IMG/VR virus record: IMGVR_UViG_3300042934_001015
Coordinates: 1 to 52,696 of that record
Reading direction: 5' to 3' (one strand)
DNA from: a virus
Taxonomy: Duplodnaviria > Caudoviricetes
DNA: 52,696 bases
Of the stretch, positions 1 through 8,440 are shown in pieces. A program made the position numbers and the translations under genes. The number at the start of each line of letters is the position of its first letter. Positions within the stretch are counted from its first letter, which is position 1. The notes under the pieces were generated by a model that saw only the letters and a list, made by a program, of their open reading frames with translations, searched no databases and was not told the DNA's origin.

Positions 1-1
1 G

Positions 2-571
2 AGAGTTCTCATACTTATCGCCCTTTCCGCTGGTGCCAGGGAGGGAGAAATAGCTGCTTTGGAATGGAAGCACATAGACTTTGACAAAGGGACTGTTTAC
101 ATAGAACAGTCCTTAACGGAAGTCGTTGGTGAAGGAGTTAAACTGAAATCCACGAAAAACGAGCGTTGTCGCAGTGTTTCGCTCCCCTCTTCTATGCTAT
201 CAATGCTGAAAAAGTTGAAGGTTCAACGCTCACACGAAAAGCTTCTTGCTGGTGACAAAAATGAATGGCAAGAGCACTTCTTCCTTTTTGCAAATGAATT
301 TGGAAAACCCATTCGACCAGACAGCATTAGTCAATGGTGGAGTCGTTTCACAAAAAAATACAAACTTAAACATATCCGTTTTCACGATTTGAGGCACACT
401 TCAGCAACATTACTTATCAATGAAGGGATCCATGCAAAAGTAATTAGTGAGCGTTTAGGGCATGCAGATATCTCTACTACCATGAACATTTATGGCCACG
501 TTCTAGCTGAAGCCGATCAGACAGCAGCCAGTCATTTTGATTCTCTTTTTGAAAAACGGGTAAATAAGTAA
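2..571 (+). CDS. int: Tyrosine integrase, C-terminal catalytic half (5' partial)
   Basis: Frame open from nt 2: RVLILIALSAGAREGEIAALEW (catalytic R), FHDLRH, LGH, NIYGH. Confidence 0.95.
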   Translation, partial: RVLILIALSAGAREGEIAALEWKHIDFDKGTVYIEQSLTEVVGEGVKLKSTKNERCRSVSLPSSMLSMLKKLKVQRSHEKLLAGDKNEWQEHFFLFANEFGKPIRPDSISQWWSRFTKKYKLKHIRFHDLRHTSATLLINEGIHAKVISERLGHADISTTMNIYGHVLAEADQTAASHFDSLFEKRVNK

Positions 572-574
572 TCC

Positions 575-602
575 GCTCCCAAATGGGAGCGAATTGGGAG
601 CG
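575..602. repeat. Integrase arm-type binding repeats, left of att core
   Basis: TGGGAGC inverted at 575-581, direct at 584-590 and 595-601; the same motif recurs at 833 and 844. Confidence 0.8.
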
Positions 603-719
603 AAATTCATCATTTTTGTTCGGAATCATTCTGAAATGAACCGTCTCTATCCTAATTACTGTTGAATCTATAAGGTTTCCCCCTATCCTATCTTGGATAA
701 GCATACTTACCCCATCGGA

Positions 720-761
720 TTCCTAAACTGTAGGTCGGAGGTTCGAATCCTCTCTGGGACA
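720..761 (+). other. attP: attP core = 3' half of tRNA-Arg(CCT)
   Basis: TTCCTAA anticodon loop, ACTGT, T-arm GGAGGTTCGAATCCTCT and acceptor strand CTGGGAC; no matching 5' half upstream; arm repeats on both sides. Confidence 0.85.
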
Positions 762-763
762 TC

Positions 764-798
764 AAAGAAACCTAGTGATATCAAGGGTTTCTTTTTTT
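764..798 (+). terminator. Intrinsic terminator after att core (would terminate the restored tRNA)
   Basis: AAAGAAACC...GGTTTCTTT hairpin followed by T-tract. Confidence 0.65.
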
Positions 799-832
799 AT
801 TTCCTTTTTTCATATCGCCTTTTTACTCTAAT

Positions 833-850
833 TGGGAGCCGGTTGGGAGC
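833..850. repeat. Integrase arm-type binding repeats, right of att core
   Basis: TGGGAGC at 833-839 and 844-850, 11-bp period as in the left pair. Confidence 0.8.
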
Positions 851-869
851 GGATTTATTTTCACCTGAC

Positions 870-1343
870 TTAGACAGCATTTCCTACCTGTTTAAGGACA
901 TCCAAAATTAGAGGAGATACTTGGATTAATACATAACCAAGCCCAGCATTTTGAATCATGGTCCAGGCCCTCTCCGCATTTCCAAACATGAACAAGAAGC
1001 AAGCACCCACAATTACTACACTAGCAATCGGAAATGCTAGTGCTACAAGAATATCAACCACTGGATCTAAAACATGAGCGAGCGTGGATAAAGTTTGTTC
1101 CCCCATCCATTCTTTCGCTGTCACCTCCAATGCAATCGGAGCTGAAACAGGAATAACATTCGTTGCAGCAAAAGCCTTCATTGTGAAACCTAATGTACCT
1201 ATTGCTCCTCCAGTTGCTAATGGTAGAATTGCTGCAACTGCTAATTTCGTCGTTCTTTCAACTCTTTTTCTATTACGCTCCTTATCTTTTATTTTGAATT
1301 CCCCACTCATAAATTCCTTAATCGACATTGTTTTTGTTTTCAT
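870..1343 (-). CDS. Membrane protein, TrbC/VirB2 pilin-like
   Basis: Signal-like segment ending KAFAA, then two hydrophobic helices separated by GNAERAW. Confidence 0.55.
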   Translation of the reverse strand: MKTKTMSIKEFMSGEFKIKDKERNRKRVERTTKLAVAAILPLATGGAIGTLGFTMKAFAATNVIPVSAPIALEVTAKEWMGEQTLSTLAHVLDPVVDILVALAFPIASVVIVGACFLFMFGNAERAWTMIQNAGLGYVLIQVSPLILDVLKQVGNAV

Positions 1344-1355
1344 TGTGATACCTCC

Positions 1356-1943
1356 CTATCTAATTTCATCCCATAAATAAACCTTACATTTTATATCAGA
1401 ACATAACGATTCTAGTTTCTTCTTTCTATAAGGTGTTATAGTCACCCAAACAAGTTTGAAATCAGAATTGAAGGAAGCTAACTGGGTATATTTTTTTATT
1501 TTTGCCACATTTTTATTCATCGACTGCTTATAATCTATTTCGACGAAGTGAGAAATTTTATTGGAAGTAAATACTGCATCTGCTACTATAGAAACCTTAC
1601 TATTGGGCATTGTGATTTTAACTTCATTTTTCCAACTAGACGGGCGCCCACTAATGATAAATAAATCATTTCTTATTAAAAAATGGGTTACCATGGCCGT
1701 TTTTTTACGAACCTTTTCAGCCTGAACTCGTTCCCTGCCAGCAGCATTTAAATAATAAATTTTCATCCGATTATCTGTAAAACACGAGATATATTCAGAC
1801 AGCTCACTTAGTATGCGCTGAGCATTTCTGTCTTTGCCAAGATTTATCATTTTTTGGAATTGTTCTCTTGTTAAATAGTCACATCTCCGTAAAAGTAAAA
1901 GAATTTGATCGATTCGATTCTCCCTCTCGCTGTTCAAATCCAT
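1356..1943 (-). CDS. Replication-relaxation family protein
   Basis: wHTH N-terminus (DYLTREQ), H-x-L motif (THFLIRND), PD-(D/E)xK-like ADAVF...FVEID; start reassigned to ~1943/1937 after AAGGA RBS. Confidence 0.75.
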   Translation of the reverse strand: MDLNSERENRIDQILLLLRRCDYLTREQFQKMINLGKDRNAQRILSELSEYISCFTDNRMKIYYLNAAGRERVQAEKVRKKTAMVTHFLIRNDLFIISGRPSSWKNEVKITMPNSKVSIVADAVFTSNKISHFVEIDYKQSMNKNVAKIKKYTQLASFNSDFKLVWVTITPYRKKKLESLCSDIKCKVYLWDEIR

Positions 1944-3180
1944 CATCCTTTCTAGCTTTGATGACAAGGTGTGGTTTAATAACCCTTTCAATTTCCTCAT
2001 TTTCGATAAATGGAGTCTGGACAATACGAACCCCATCCGGCGTCTTGTAAATAGCACGCCCAGGAAACTGCAAAGACTCTGCACCTGATTCATCCAACAC
2101 GACACGGGAAGCTATTGCATCGCGTAATTTGTAGGTAATTACTGTATCGCAATTTTGTTTGATTTGTTTATTCATGACATCAGCTGTAGGGTACTGGGAA
2201 CAATATATGAGCCTATACCCTAACCCTGCACCTATTCGCGCTATTTCCGAGAGCGCTTCTTCGCATTTTCGGGCTTTTTCCCTTTCTTCTTTGCCGGTGA
2301 GGATTTGCGGAGAGATTTGCGCTGCTTCATCAACAATAATGAAATGTCTAGAATCAATCCCAGCTTCTTTAATGTCCTCGGATCCATTTCTATCAAACCA
2401 TCCTTTCATTTCATCCATTTCTTTTTTGACCTTCGTTAACGAATCTAAGGCGGTATCTAAATCCGTAGCGACCATTTCCACCTGCTTGGCGTTTTTAAAT
2501 CTGGTAAATGCCAATCCGCCTTTTAAATCGATGAGGGTGAGTTTTGTGTTACCTGGATTTTGGTGGATTAGGGATGTGATTAGAAGTTTCAGAAAGACCG
2601 TTTTCCCCTTTCTTGTAGCACCAGCTAGTGTTATATGCCCCCTTTCCGTGTCGTGATTAATGAACCCATATCTCGTTTCCCCCAAGGGAACTTCCCAATC
2701 AATACACTGTCCAAGCATTCTTTCATCAAAAAGGACTTTGGTAGGGATATGACGATCTAATACTTTGATATGAAGCATCCCATCATAACTGATCTCAATA
2801 TCTTTTTCAGATACATACCGATTGCCATAGATTTCTTTTATTTGCTTTACGATATTGCCTTTTAGATTCAATTTAGTAACTGACATTAAACTAAATGGCC
2901 CCCTTTTGTTATTTAAGCCGTCCCTCAAATGGCCCAATTTTTTTTCAAAATCCCCAAAAGATAATCCCAGAGGAATCCGATAAATATACTCCATCCCCCA
3001 TTCATGCTCTTTCTTGCGATAGAGTTGTATGGTTTTTATTTCATGCCCCTCCTTAACATACAATCCGGTATTCATAGAAATCTTTTTAATTTTCTCACCG
3101 TCATCTAGATCTGACCTTTTTAAATAACTGATTCCAACTAATCCAACAGCTGCTGAAGTTGTGATAATTTCAAAGAGCAT
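1879..3180 (-). CDS. FtsK/SpoIIIE family ATPase (coupling-protein-like)
   Basis: N-terminal TM, Walker A GATRKGKT, IDLKGG, Walker B IIVDEAA, SQYP, GRAIY. Confidence 0.9.
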   Translation of the reverse strand: MLFEIITTSAAVGLVGISYLKRSDLDDGEKIKKISMNTGLYVKEGHEIKTIQLYRKKEHEWGMEYIYRIPLGLSFGDFEKKLGHLRDGLNNKRGPFSLMSVTKLNLKGNIVKQIKEIYGNRYVSEKDIEISYDGMLHIKVLDRHIPTKVLFDERMLGQCIDWEVPLGETRYGFINHDTERGHITLAGATRKGKTVFLKLLITSLIHQNPGNTKLTLIDLKGGLAFTRFKNAKQVEMVATDLDTALDSLTKVKKEMDEMKGWFDRNGSEDIKEAGIDSRHFIIVDEAAQISPQILTGKEEREKARKCEEALSEIARIGAGLGYRLIYCSQYPTADVMNKQIKQNCDTVITYKLRDAIASRVVLDESGAESLQFPGRAIYKTPDGVRIVQTPFIENEEIERVIKPHLVIKARKDDGFEQREGESNRSNSFTFTEM

Positions 3181-3456
3181 TTCTTCACCCCTTATTTATT
3201 TAGTAATAAATAGTTGCAAGGAAAACGAATTATAAAAAGTATGCGAAATACCTTACCATGACTGATATAACTAGATGCGTAATTAAAGCCATGTAACGCA
3301 TTTGAGTGTGACTAAGGTAAACGAATAGTTTTGCGAATTTGTAAATGTATATGTAGGGTAAAATTGATATATATCTTGTCCACTTTATATTTTTAAAGTT
3401 TTCTTTATTTTTTTAAAAAAAGGACTTTAAAGAGCTTTCTAGAATTTGTTAAATAG

Positions 3457-3696
3457 GTGATGAAAATGAAATTTGAGTGCCGTTTAAGAGTGATTTTTGC
3501 TGAGGTAAAACAAAAAGACCCTAATTTTACCCAGGGTCAATTCGCTGAAAAGATTGGATTGAGCAAAGCTGCTTTAAGTGCTTTAGTGAATGGAAGATCT
3601 CTTCCTTCTTTTGAGGTAACCTATAAGATTGTAATGGAGTTAAAGAAGCCGATTGAAGAGATTTGGGTATTAATCAAGGAGGATAAAGATTGTTAA
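3457..3696 (+). CDS. XRE-family HTH regulator
   Basis: TQGQFAEKIGLSKAALSALVNG...IEEIW. Confidence 0.85.
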   Translation: MMKMKFECRLRVIFAEVKQKDPNFTQGQFAEKIGLSKAALSALVNGRSLPSFEVTYKIVMELKKPIEEIWVLIKEDKDC

Positions 3697-3697
3697 C

Positions 3698-3713
3698 TTC
3701 CAAGCGCTTGGAA
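3698..3713. promoter_or_regulatory. Perfect 16-bp palindrome TTCCAAGCGCTTGGAA (candidate protein-binding site, copy 1)
   Basis: Intergenic; 12-bp core repeated at 26806 and 37794. Confidence 0.6.
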
Positions 3714-3729
3714 ATATAAAAAAGCTCTG

Positions 3730-3996
3730 TCAGCTGGCAGAGCTCCTTTTCTCTTGAGCAATTACTTGAATGGTACGGGGTGTTTTTTGCTGCCAATCAA
3801 TAAGTCCTTTATCTTGAAGCTTATTTAAATACTTTAGCACTGTACTTGTGGATGTAATAGTCGCCTTTCTGGCAATTTCTCGAACCGTCGGTGAATAGTT
3901 GTATTTTTCCCAATAGGTCTTGATGATTGTAAGAATTTCTTCTTCTCTTTGTTTTGTCCGTTCATCCCTTGATATACCAAGTTCTCCATAATACAT
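3730..3996 (-). CDS. LexA-like DNA-binding-domain-only protein
   Basis: YSPTVREIA...STSTV..YLNKLQDKGLI...PRTI matches the LexA wHTH; no peptidase domain. Confidence 0.85.
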   Translation of the reverse strand: MYYGELGISRDERTKQREEEILTIIKTYWEKYNYSPTVREIARKATITSTSTVLKYLNKLQDKGLIDWQQKTPRTIQVIAQEKRSSAS

Positions 3997-3998
3997 AC

Positions 3999-4220
3999 CT
4001 ATGCACCCCTTCTATATTTTGGTGGGATGGATCCAATCGATAAGACATTACTAATATTAAACGTTCGAACACGATTCCTAGCAAAGCAATAAGCGCGAAA
4101 CGAGTCGCCATTTATGTTATCAACTTTAATCACACGCTGGGTTATCTCACCTTTATTAGACATGTAGATCATTTCTAAATGTCCACCAGACTCCATTGCT
4201 CTCGTTAGCAAACCTCTCAT
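3999..4220 (-). CDS. Stand-alone WYL-like domain protein
   Basis: LEMIY...GEITQRVI...FRAYCFARNRVRTFNISNV; GGAGG RBS before ATG at 4220. Confidence 0.7.
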   Translation of the reverse strand: MRGLLTRAMESGGHLEMIYMSNKGEITQRVIKVDNINGDSFRAYCFARNRVRTFNISNVLSIGSIPPKYRRGA

Positions 4221-4260
4221 CGATAAGTCCCTCCAATTTCCTGTTACTGTAATCATACAG

Positions 4261-4302
4261 GAACATTCGTTCGATTTCAATTCCATTTTAGAACATTTGT
4301 TT
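4261..4302. promoter_or_regulatory. Two LexA (SOS/Cheo) boxes in a divergent promoter region
   Basis: GAACATTCGTTC (4261-4272) and GAACATTTGTTT (4291-4302), the latter followed by GTATAAT. Confidence 0.8.
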
Positions 4303-4346
4303 GTATAATGAAGTATGTAAATAATAGCACTTAGGAGGCAAATGAA

Positions 4347-4583
4347 ATGTCTGTATTAATCGCAATTCTTTACATTTCAAATGATAACGAAGTGCTGAAA
4401 AGGGGAAGTTTCCCGCTTAGAGGTAAAAAGAAGGAAGAAGTTACTTTTATGTGGTGGAGACAGATACGAAGGGAAATGCCCTATTGGCCAGAATTAGTGA
4501 AGGTAGTTTGTGATGGTGAAGATGTAACGGAAAAGGTGAAGGAATTAAATAACATAAATCTGTCACAAGGGATTGAAGAATAA
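4347..4583 (+). CDS. Hypothetical protein, probably SOS-regulated
   Basis: AGGAGG RBS; downstream of SOS box and TATAAT. Confidence 0.7.
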   Translation: MSVLIAILYISNDNEVLKRGSFPLRGKKKEEVTFMWWRQIRREMPYWPELVKVVCDGEDVTEKVKELNNINLSQGIEE

Positions 4584-4629
4584 TTGTCTAATACAACCAT
4601 TATCAAACTTATAAGGTTGTGTTGCAAGG

Positions 4630-4776
4630 ATGTTGTTATTTTTTGAAGGTAGATTAACTAAAATAGATTTTTATGATTATGGTGATACTTACATGGCCTC
4701 GGCAAGTACCAGCGATTGTTCTGTATGGAATTGTTACGGTACTACGAAAAAGGCAGCTAAGGAAATGGCTTTATAA
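4630..4776 (+). CDS. Possible small or degenerate ORF (48 aa)
   Basis: MLLFFEGRLTKIDFYDYGDTYMASASTSDCSVWNCYGTTKKAAKEMAL; frame stays open past the stop to 4860; poor RBS. Confidence 0.3.
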   Translation: MLLFFEGRLTKIDFYDYGDTYMASASTSDCSVWNCYGTTKKAAKEMAL

Positions 4777-4865
4777 AGATTGAGGAGAACACCAAAGGAT
4801 AAAAAGAGGATACGAGGAAAAGTCACGGAAGGCGAAGGATATACGTACTTCAGCGAATAGGAAAT

Positions 4866-4899
4866 AAGCCCCTCTCAATTAAGAGAAGGGGATTTTTTT
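4866..4899 (+). terminator. Intrinsic terminator
   Basis: CCCCTCTC-AATTAA-GAGAAGGGG followed by T-tract. Confidence 0.65.
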
Positions 4900-5220
4900 A
4901 TTTTTCGACAAATTAGTAACATTTTTTACAAAATTGTATATTTTTTATAAATATAATGGTACTATTTTACCATGTAAAAATATGTTAGGAGTGGAATTTT
5001 TTATGTTGAATAACATTTTGTTATTTTGCTCTCAGTACGGTTAGTTTTACCTAAAGTTTTTTTGTCTAGGGCAATTATTGATTTCTCTTTGAATTGATTT
5101 TTTAATTAAGTTTCTACAAGTTTACAGTTTAATAGTTTAATTAGTTCTACAAAATTATTAAAGCTTAGACTCTATACATTTTTTTACTATTACAATAAAG
5201 ATAAGTTAGGGTGACGGGGA

Positions 5221-6426
5221 TTGCTAAAAAAAATACAAATAACAATTTTGGCGGTATTTATATTTACTATTACCTTTCTGAACTTAGGTAGTATAAATGT
5301 TTCAGCGGATGAAATAGATATTTATAACAGTGCAGTAACTAATGGCTATATTGATAGTTCAATATCTTTTGAAAAATGGTCACAAGCATATAATTACCCA
5401 CCTCCTAGTGACGAAGTTCAGGTATCACCCAAGTTTTACTTATTGCAAGCATCACCTACGACAGTTTACATAAAAAAAGGTGATATCCTAATTACAAATC
5501 ATACTTCTTATGAAGGAATTATTGGCCACGCAGCAATTGCAGTATCAGATAATGTAATTTTAGACATACCTAACAAATATAGTACAACCAGAGTAAAATC
5601 TGCAAAAAAATGGTTAGATCAATATACTGCAGAGGGAGACTGGGTTAAGATATATAGACTACCATCTGCATATAGTTATATTGCCAATAGAGCCGCTGAT
5701 TGGGCATATAAAAATTATTACTCTTCAAATGGTGGTACAGAACAGGATATTAAACCCGAATATGACATTACTCCATCCTTATATAGTACAGACCCGACTT
5801 ATTGTTCTAAAATTGTTTGGCAAGCATATTTTTTTGGCACTGATGAATACGTAGTTAGTGGAGCTTTTTCAACCAATATAGTTCCACCATATTCTTTAAT
5901 TTCTTACTTTAACTATCAATATAAACCAACACATTTGTATGAGTTTGTTAGACCAAACGGTTGGTTTGCTTTAAATGATACATGGTATCATTATGGTCTT
6001 AATGGTAGCATAACATCAGGGTGGGCAAATCTAGAGACGGAATGGTACTACTTAAATCCAAATTATCAAGATGCAATGCATGCAGGGTGGCTTTACTACG
6101 GAGGAAAACATTACTTCTTTAATTTAGCTGCTAATGAACAAGGCCCTAAAGGCGCTATGTGGACTGGTTGGCTCCCTTACGGCGGAAAATGGTATTTTTT
6201 AGATTTAAAAAATGGAGATATGAAAACCGGTTGGCTTCAACTTTCTAATCAAAATGGTTCATTCTGGTATTATCTAAATTCACCTAGCGGAGAAATGAAG
6301 ACTGGCTGGCTTCAACTTGGTACAAGTTGGTACTATCTAAATCCGACTGGAGAAATGGTAACTGGACCAAAAACAATTGATGGAAAAGTATATTATTTTG
6401 ATGTCTCTGGTAAGTTAATTAATTAA
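5221..6426 (+). CDS. Secreted permuted papain-like (YiiX/YycO-type NlpC/P60) enzyme with C-terminal cell-wall-binding repeats (moron)
   Basis: Signal peptide ending VSA; KKGDILIT, GHAAI (His), YCSKIVWQAY (Cys); TGW...WYYL repeats; AT-rich and opposite to the phage strand. Confidence 0.85.
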   Translation: MLKKIQITILAVFIFTITFLNLGSINVSADEIDIYNSAVTNGYIDSSISFEKWSQAYNYPPPSDEVQVSPKFYLLQASPTTVYIKKGDILITNHTSYEGIIGHAAIAVSDNVILDIPNKYSTTRVKSAKKWLDQYTAEGDWVKIYRLPSAYSYIANRAADWAYKNYYSSNGGTEQDIKPEYDITPSLYSTDPTYCSKIVWQAYFFGTDEYVVSGAFSTNIVPPYSLISYFNYQYKPTHLYEFVRPNGWFALNDTWYHYGLNGSITSGWANLETEWYYLNPNYQDAMHAGWLYYGGKHYFFNLAANEQGPKGAMWTGWLPYGGKWYFLDLKNGDMKTGWLQLSNQNGSFWYYLNSPSGEMKTGWLQLGTSWYYLNPTGEMVTGPKTIDGKVYYFDVSGKLIN

Positions 6427-6468
6427 TTAATTAATAGTTTTATAACAAAATATAAAAAATAAATATTT

Positions 6469-6502
6469 ATGCCCCCATCTCGTCGAGACAGGGGCATTTT
6501 TT
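6469..6502. terminator. Terminator between convergent moron and endolysin
   Basis: ATGCCCC...GGGGCAT hairpin with T-tract. Confidence 0.7.
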
Positions 6503-7413
6503 TACAGGAAAGCACCGTCTTTATTTGTTACAGCCATTGATCCACTGGATTGTAGATAATACTTTTTACCACCCAGGTTAATCTCGCCGGTGGCCATATC
6601 TCCCTTAGGGTTAAGGTAATACCATTTACCACTGATATATACCCATCCTGTTTGCATGGTACCAGAAGAGTCCAGGTAATACCACTTTCCATTGTCCTTT
6701 ACCCAGCCAGTCTTCATTGCGCCACTTGAATCGAGGTAATAGTATTTACCTTTTACCTGCTGCCAACCGATCAGCATGACTCCATCAGATCCTAGCAGGT
6801 ACCATTTATTATTATCTAGCACCCATCCACTTTGCTTGACGCCATTTTTGTAAAAGTACCACTTGCCATCGACTTTATGCCAGTAGCTATCCACCATTTC
6901 ATTAACGACGTCATCGATAAACTGCGCCCAGGTAATACCGTTTTTAGCAAAGGCATTTTTGTCTGGGTCCGTTTTTCTCTTAGGATCTAATGTGGAATGT
7001 GCCACAATCTTTTTACGTGGGTCCCAACTAAACATACGGCAAAGGTATGCCCAATACCAAATATACCGTTTGTACGCCTCTGCCCATACGATATTACCGC
7101 CCCAGCATAGTTCTACGCCGATGGCGATATCATTAGCGTCATCACCAAACATCACATTGTCAGTAGTAACATTATAAATAACATGCCAGGCTTTTTCATT
7201 GATAGGGATAATCTCTAAGATATATTTATCATCGATAAACGTCTGAGCTGATGCAGATGGCTGCTCACGGTTAAAATAAGTACGATTGTTATAAGCAGTG
7301 GATCCGCCGTTACCGATATCATGGGCCACACCAAACTGAGGTTTACCACCTACAAGTAACTGTCCACTCCTGGCGTTTCCTTTAGCAATGTAATCCCTTG
7401 TAATTTCGTACAT
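6502..7413 (-). CDS. Endolysin, N-acetylmuramoyl-L-alanine amidase (Amidase_2) with cell-wall-binding repeats
   Basis: VAHD, AWH, IGVELC, VAH...KTDP; repeated GW...GKWYYL. Confidence 0.92.
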   Translation of the reverse strand: MYEITRDYIAKGNARSGQLLVGGKPQFGVAHDIGNGGSTAYNNRTYFNREQPSASAQTFIDDKYILEIIPINEKAWHVIYNVTTDNVMFGDDANDIAIGVELCWGGNIVWAEAYKRYIWYWAYLCRMFSWDPRKKIVAHSTLDPKRKTDPDKNAFAKNGITWAQFIDDVVNEMVDSYWHKVDGKWYFYKNGVKQSGWVLDNNKWYLLGSDGVMLIGWQQVKGKYYYLDSSGAMKTGWVKDNGKWYYLDSSGTMQTGWVYISGKWYYLNPKGDMATGEINLGGKKYYLQSSGSMAVTNKDGAFL

Positions 7414-7427
7414 TATTCACCAACTCC

Positions 7428-7670
7428 TCATTTTTTGATTAACCCTTGTGCCTGCAAAGCTTTTTTCTGTAGTTGAGCATTTTTAGATGTGTAAGTGTTT
7501 TTCCAAATTGCATATAGATTTACTACAAGCGCAACCCCTGCCGATATAACCAGGACAAAGGCGTTAATACTTTCGGTAGTAAACCAATCAAACGAAACTC
7601 CAATTGTGCCCAAAAAGAAAAGAAGGGCTGTCAGAAACCCTCCTAGTAAAGTAGCAATATCTTTTTTCAT
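7428..7670 (-). CDS. Holin
   Basis: Two TM helices, YAIWKNTY, basic C-terminus; directly upstream of the lysin. Confidence 0.85.
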   Translation of the reverse strand: MKKDIATLLGGFLTALLFFLGTIGVSFDWFTTESINAFVLVISAGVALVVNLYAIWKNTYTSKNAQLQKKALQAQGLIKK

Positions 7671-7673
7671 AAC

Positions 7674-7958
7674 CTATGCATCTCCTTTTTTATCAATATT
7701 ATCTACCCTTTTGTGGAGAGACTTGTTTGATTCTTCCACCCTGGTAACTCGCTCGCCAAGTTGTTGCATCTGCTTTTCATTAGCTTTAAGATCAATCTTG
7801 ATATCATCCACACCACGACGAATATAACCAAGTTCAGCTTTTAATTCTGCGCTCTCTTGACCATCGGACTTGATAGACTTCGTTTTGTTTAATTGAAAAC
7901 CTTGAAACGCTATGATTAAACCTAGAACTGATATTAAAACCGTTAACTCGATTGTCAT
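7674..7958 (-). CDS. XhlA/BhlA-like lysis accessory membrane protein
   Basis: N-terminal TM plus coiled coil ending RVTRVEES..SLHKRVD. Confidence 0.65.
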   Translation of the reverse strand: MTIELTVLISVLGLIIAFQGFQLNKTKSIKSDGQESAELKAELGYIRRGVDDIKIDLKANEKQMQQLGERVTRVEESNKSLHKRVDNIDKKGDA

Positions 7959-7992
7959 CTGCCCACCAACCTTTTTACAAAATAAAGAGCAC

Positions 7993-8133
7993 CTAAACAG
8001 CTAGGTGCCCCAATCCTTCGTCTTCAAGTATTTGTTTTACCTGTGGCTTTAATAATTCAGGAACATCAGAGTAATTCTTTTGCCCTTTCATAATGTAAGT
8101 TGCAAATAACCTCGCCAATGCTGATATAATCAT
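7993..8133 (-). CDS. Small XkdX/CD1375-like protein (46 aa, not in the ORF track)
   Basis: MIISALARLFATYIMKGQKNYSDVPELLKPQVKQILEDEGLGHLAV; ATGA overlap with the upstream gene. Confidence 0.75.
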   Translation of the reverse strand: MIISALARLFATYIMKGQKNYSDVPELLKPQVKQILEDEGLGHLAV

Positions 8134-8429
8134 TCACCTCCCATAAGCAATTCTGCGAGCTCCATTATTGCCATGGCGTTCATTTTGTTTTCTTCTTGCA
8201 GTTGAGCAATTTCGTCCACTTTTACATACTCGTTCTTTTTATCAAAAGCAAGAATTTCCTTGGTAACTGTTTCAACTGTCACTTCATCTTCGAGCAACAA
8301 AAAAGGAAGATTAATCCCCGACAAGGACCCATCTTCCCAAGTAACGTTATTTCCATTCACAAATGGTTTTTTTATGCCTTCAACTAAATCAATAACTTTA
8401 AAGTTATCATCATATAAAATTAACTTCAT
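8130..8429 (-). CDS. Tail-associated hypothetical protein (XkdW-like position)
   Basis: GGAGG RBS; C-terminal AMAIMELAELL typical of the gene preceding an XkdX-like ORF. Confidence 0.65.
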   Translation of the reverse strand: MKLILYDDNFKVIDLVEGIKKPFVNGNNVTWEDGSLSGINLPFLLLEDEVTVETVTKEILAFDKKNEYVKVDEIAQLQEENKMNAMAIMELAELLMGGE

Positions 8430-8440
8430 CTTGGTACCTC

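Noticed and set aside
690-764. Complete tRNA gene
   Set aside because: Only the anticodon loop to the acceptor 3' strand is present; upstream bases cannot form the anticodon, D or acceptor stems. It is the att core.
477-911. ORFs 477-704(-) and 693-911(+)
   Set aside because: They overlap attP, arm sites and the terminator; no RBS or protein-like features.
1944-2105. Long N-terminal extension of the replication-relaxation ORF
   Set aside because: It overlaps deeply with the FtsK gene; a better RBS and start lie at ~1937-1943.
3300-3400. Sporulation sigma (SigK/SigE-like) promoter for the FtsK triad (GGACAAG...CATATACAT on the minus strand)
   Set aside because: Resemblance only; spacing and consensus are too loose to call by eye.
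5940-6900. Repeats as a CRISPR array or DGR template/variable repeats
   Set aside because: They are degenerate protein-coding cell-wall-binding repeats; no constant repeat-spacer pattern and no cas or reverse transcriptase gene.
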